Source: Paecilomyces variotii (taxonomy: Eukaryota). From it: a stretch of 64,000 nucleotides of DNA. The position numbers were made by a program, and so were the translations under genes. Positions 63,799 to 64,000 of the stretch are shown one piece after another; position 1 is the first letter of the stretch; each line of letters opens with the position of its first letter. The stretch lies in the NCBI GenBank assembly GCA_004022145.1, contig RCNU01000009.1; one strand, written 5' to 3'. Under the pieces are notes generated by a model. It was given only the letters and a program-made list of their open reading frames with translations. It was not told where the DNA came from and made no database searches.

Positions 63799-64000
63799 TT
63801 AGGCAGTGGTCGAAGCCGTGGAACGAGAAGCTTCCCACTTTTGCAGCGCCTCTTCACCAGCAGTCACCTTGAGTCCAATACGCGCATCGAGTTCGTAGCT
63901 CTCCCATTTGGCGGTTTTATCCAAGTACTCCTTGCACTCGCGAACCTTCTCGCGCTCAATGGCTTCCACGTCTTCCTGTGAGGTATTAGAGGCCGCGGCG
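63799..64000 (-). CDS. IML2: Iml2/TTC39-like protein, 3' end (partial)
   Basis: Minus frame reads ...[52 protein letters not shown] (TAA 63801-63799). The [14 protein letters not shown] motif was recognised from fungal Iml2 C-termini. Confidence 0.7.
   Translation of the reverse strand, partial: AAASNTSQEDVEAIEREKVRECKEYLDKTAKWESYELDARIGLKVTAGEEALQKWEASRSTASTTA

Overview
Intron-rich ascomycete genomic DNA. Gene content and splice signals (GTRNGT...CTRAC...YAG) fit a Eurotiales mould; the species cannot be fixed from sequence alone. Bases 1-28 kb are housekeeping: 3' end of GOS1, ATP10, a BRCT-containing Pol X (Pol4/lambda-type), a BED-finger plus Zn2Cys6 transcription factor, PUF6, RAD51, NUP120/160, four hypothetical genes that the ORF track shows only as fragments, and a Pol III SRP RNA gene at ~18.8-19.0 kb. 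Bases 28-63 kb hold a compact secondary-metabolite cluster: an ABCC/MRP exporter divergent from a ~24.3 kb, 11-exon NRPS (~7,905 aa by my exon model), then a convergent DHA1 MFS transporter. The window ends in the 3' end of an IML2-like gene. The NRPS reads (half-C)-A-T-E-C-A-T-C-A-T-E-C-A-T-C-A-T-E-C-T-C-T*. It has five adenylation domains, six intact carrier domains, epimerases in modules 1, 3 and 5, no A domain in module 6, and a terminal carrier without the canonical Ser. This predicts an untailored cyclic hexapeptide with alternating D/L residues, made non-linearly, at a locus resembling the pes1/hcpA (fungisporin) locus. The A2 pocket looks acidic, hinting at a basic or polar residue. 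No transposon, CRISPR, rRNA or true tRNA was found. All exon models were built by hand.
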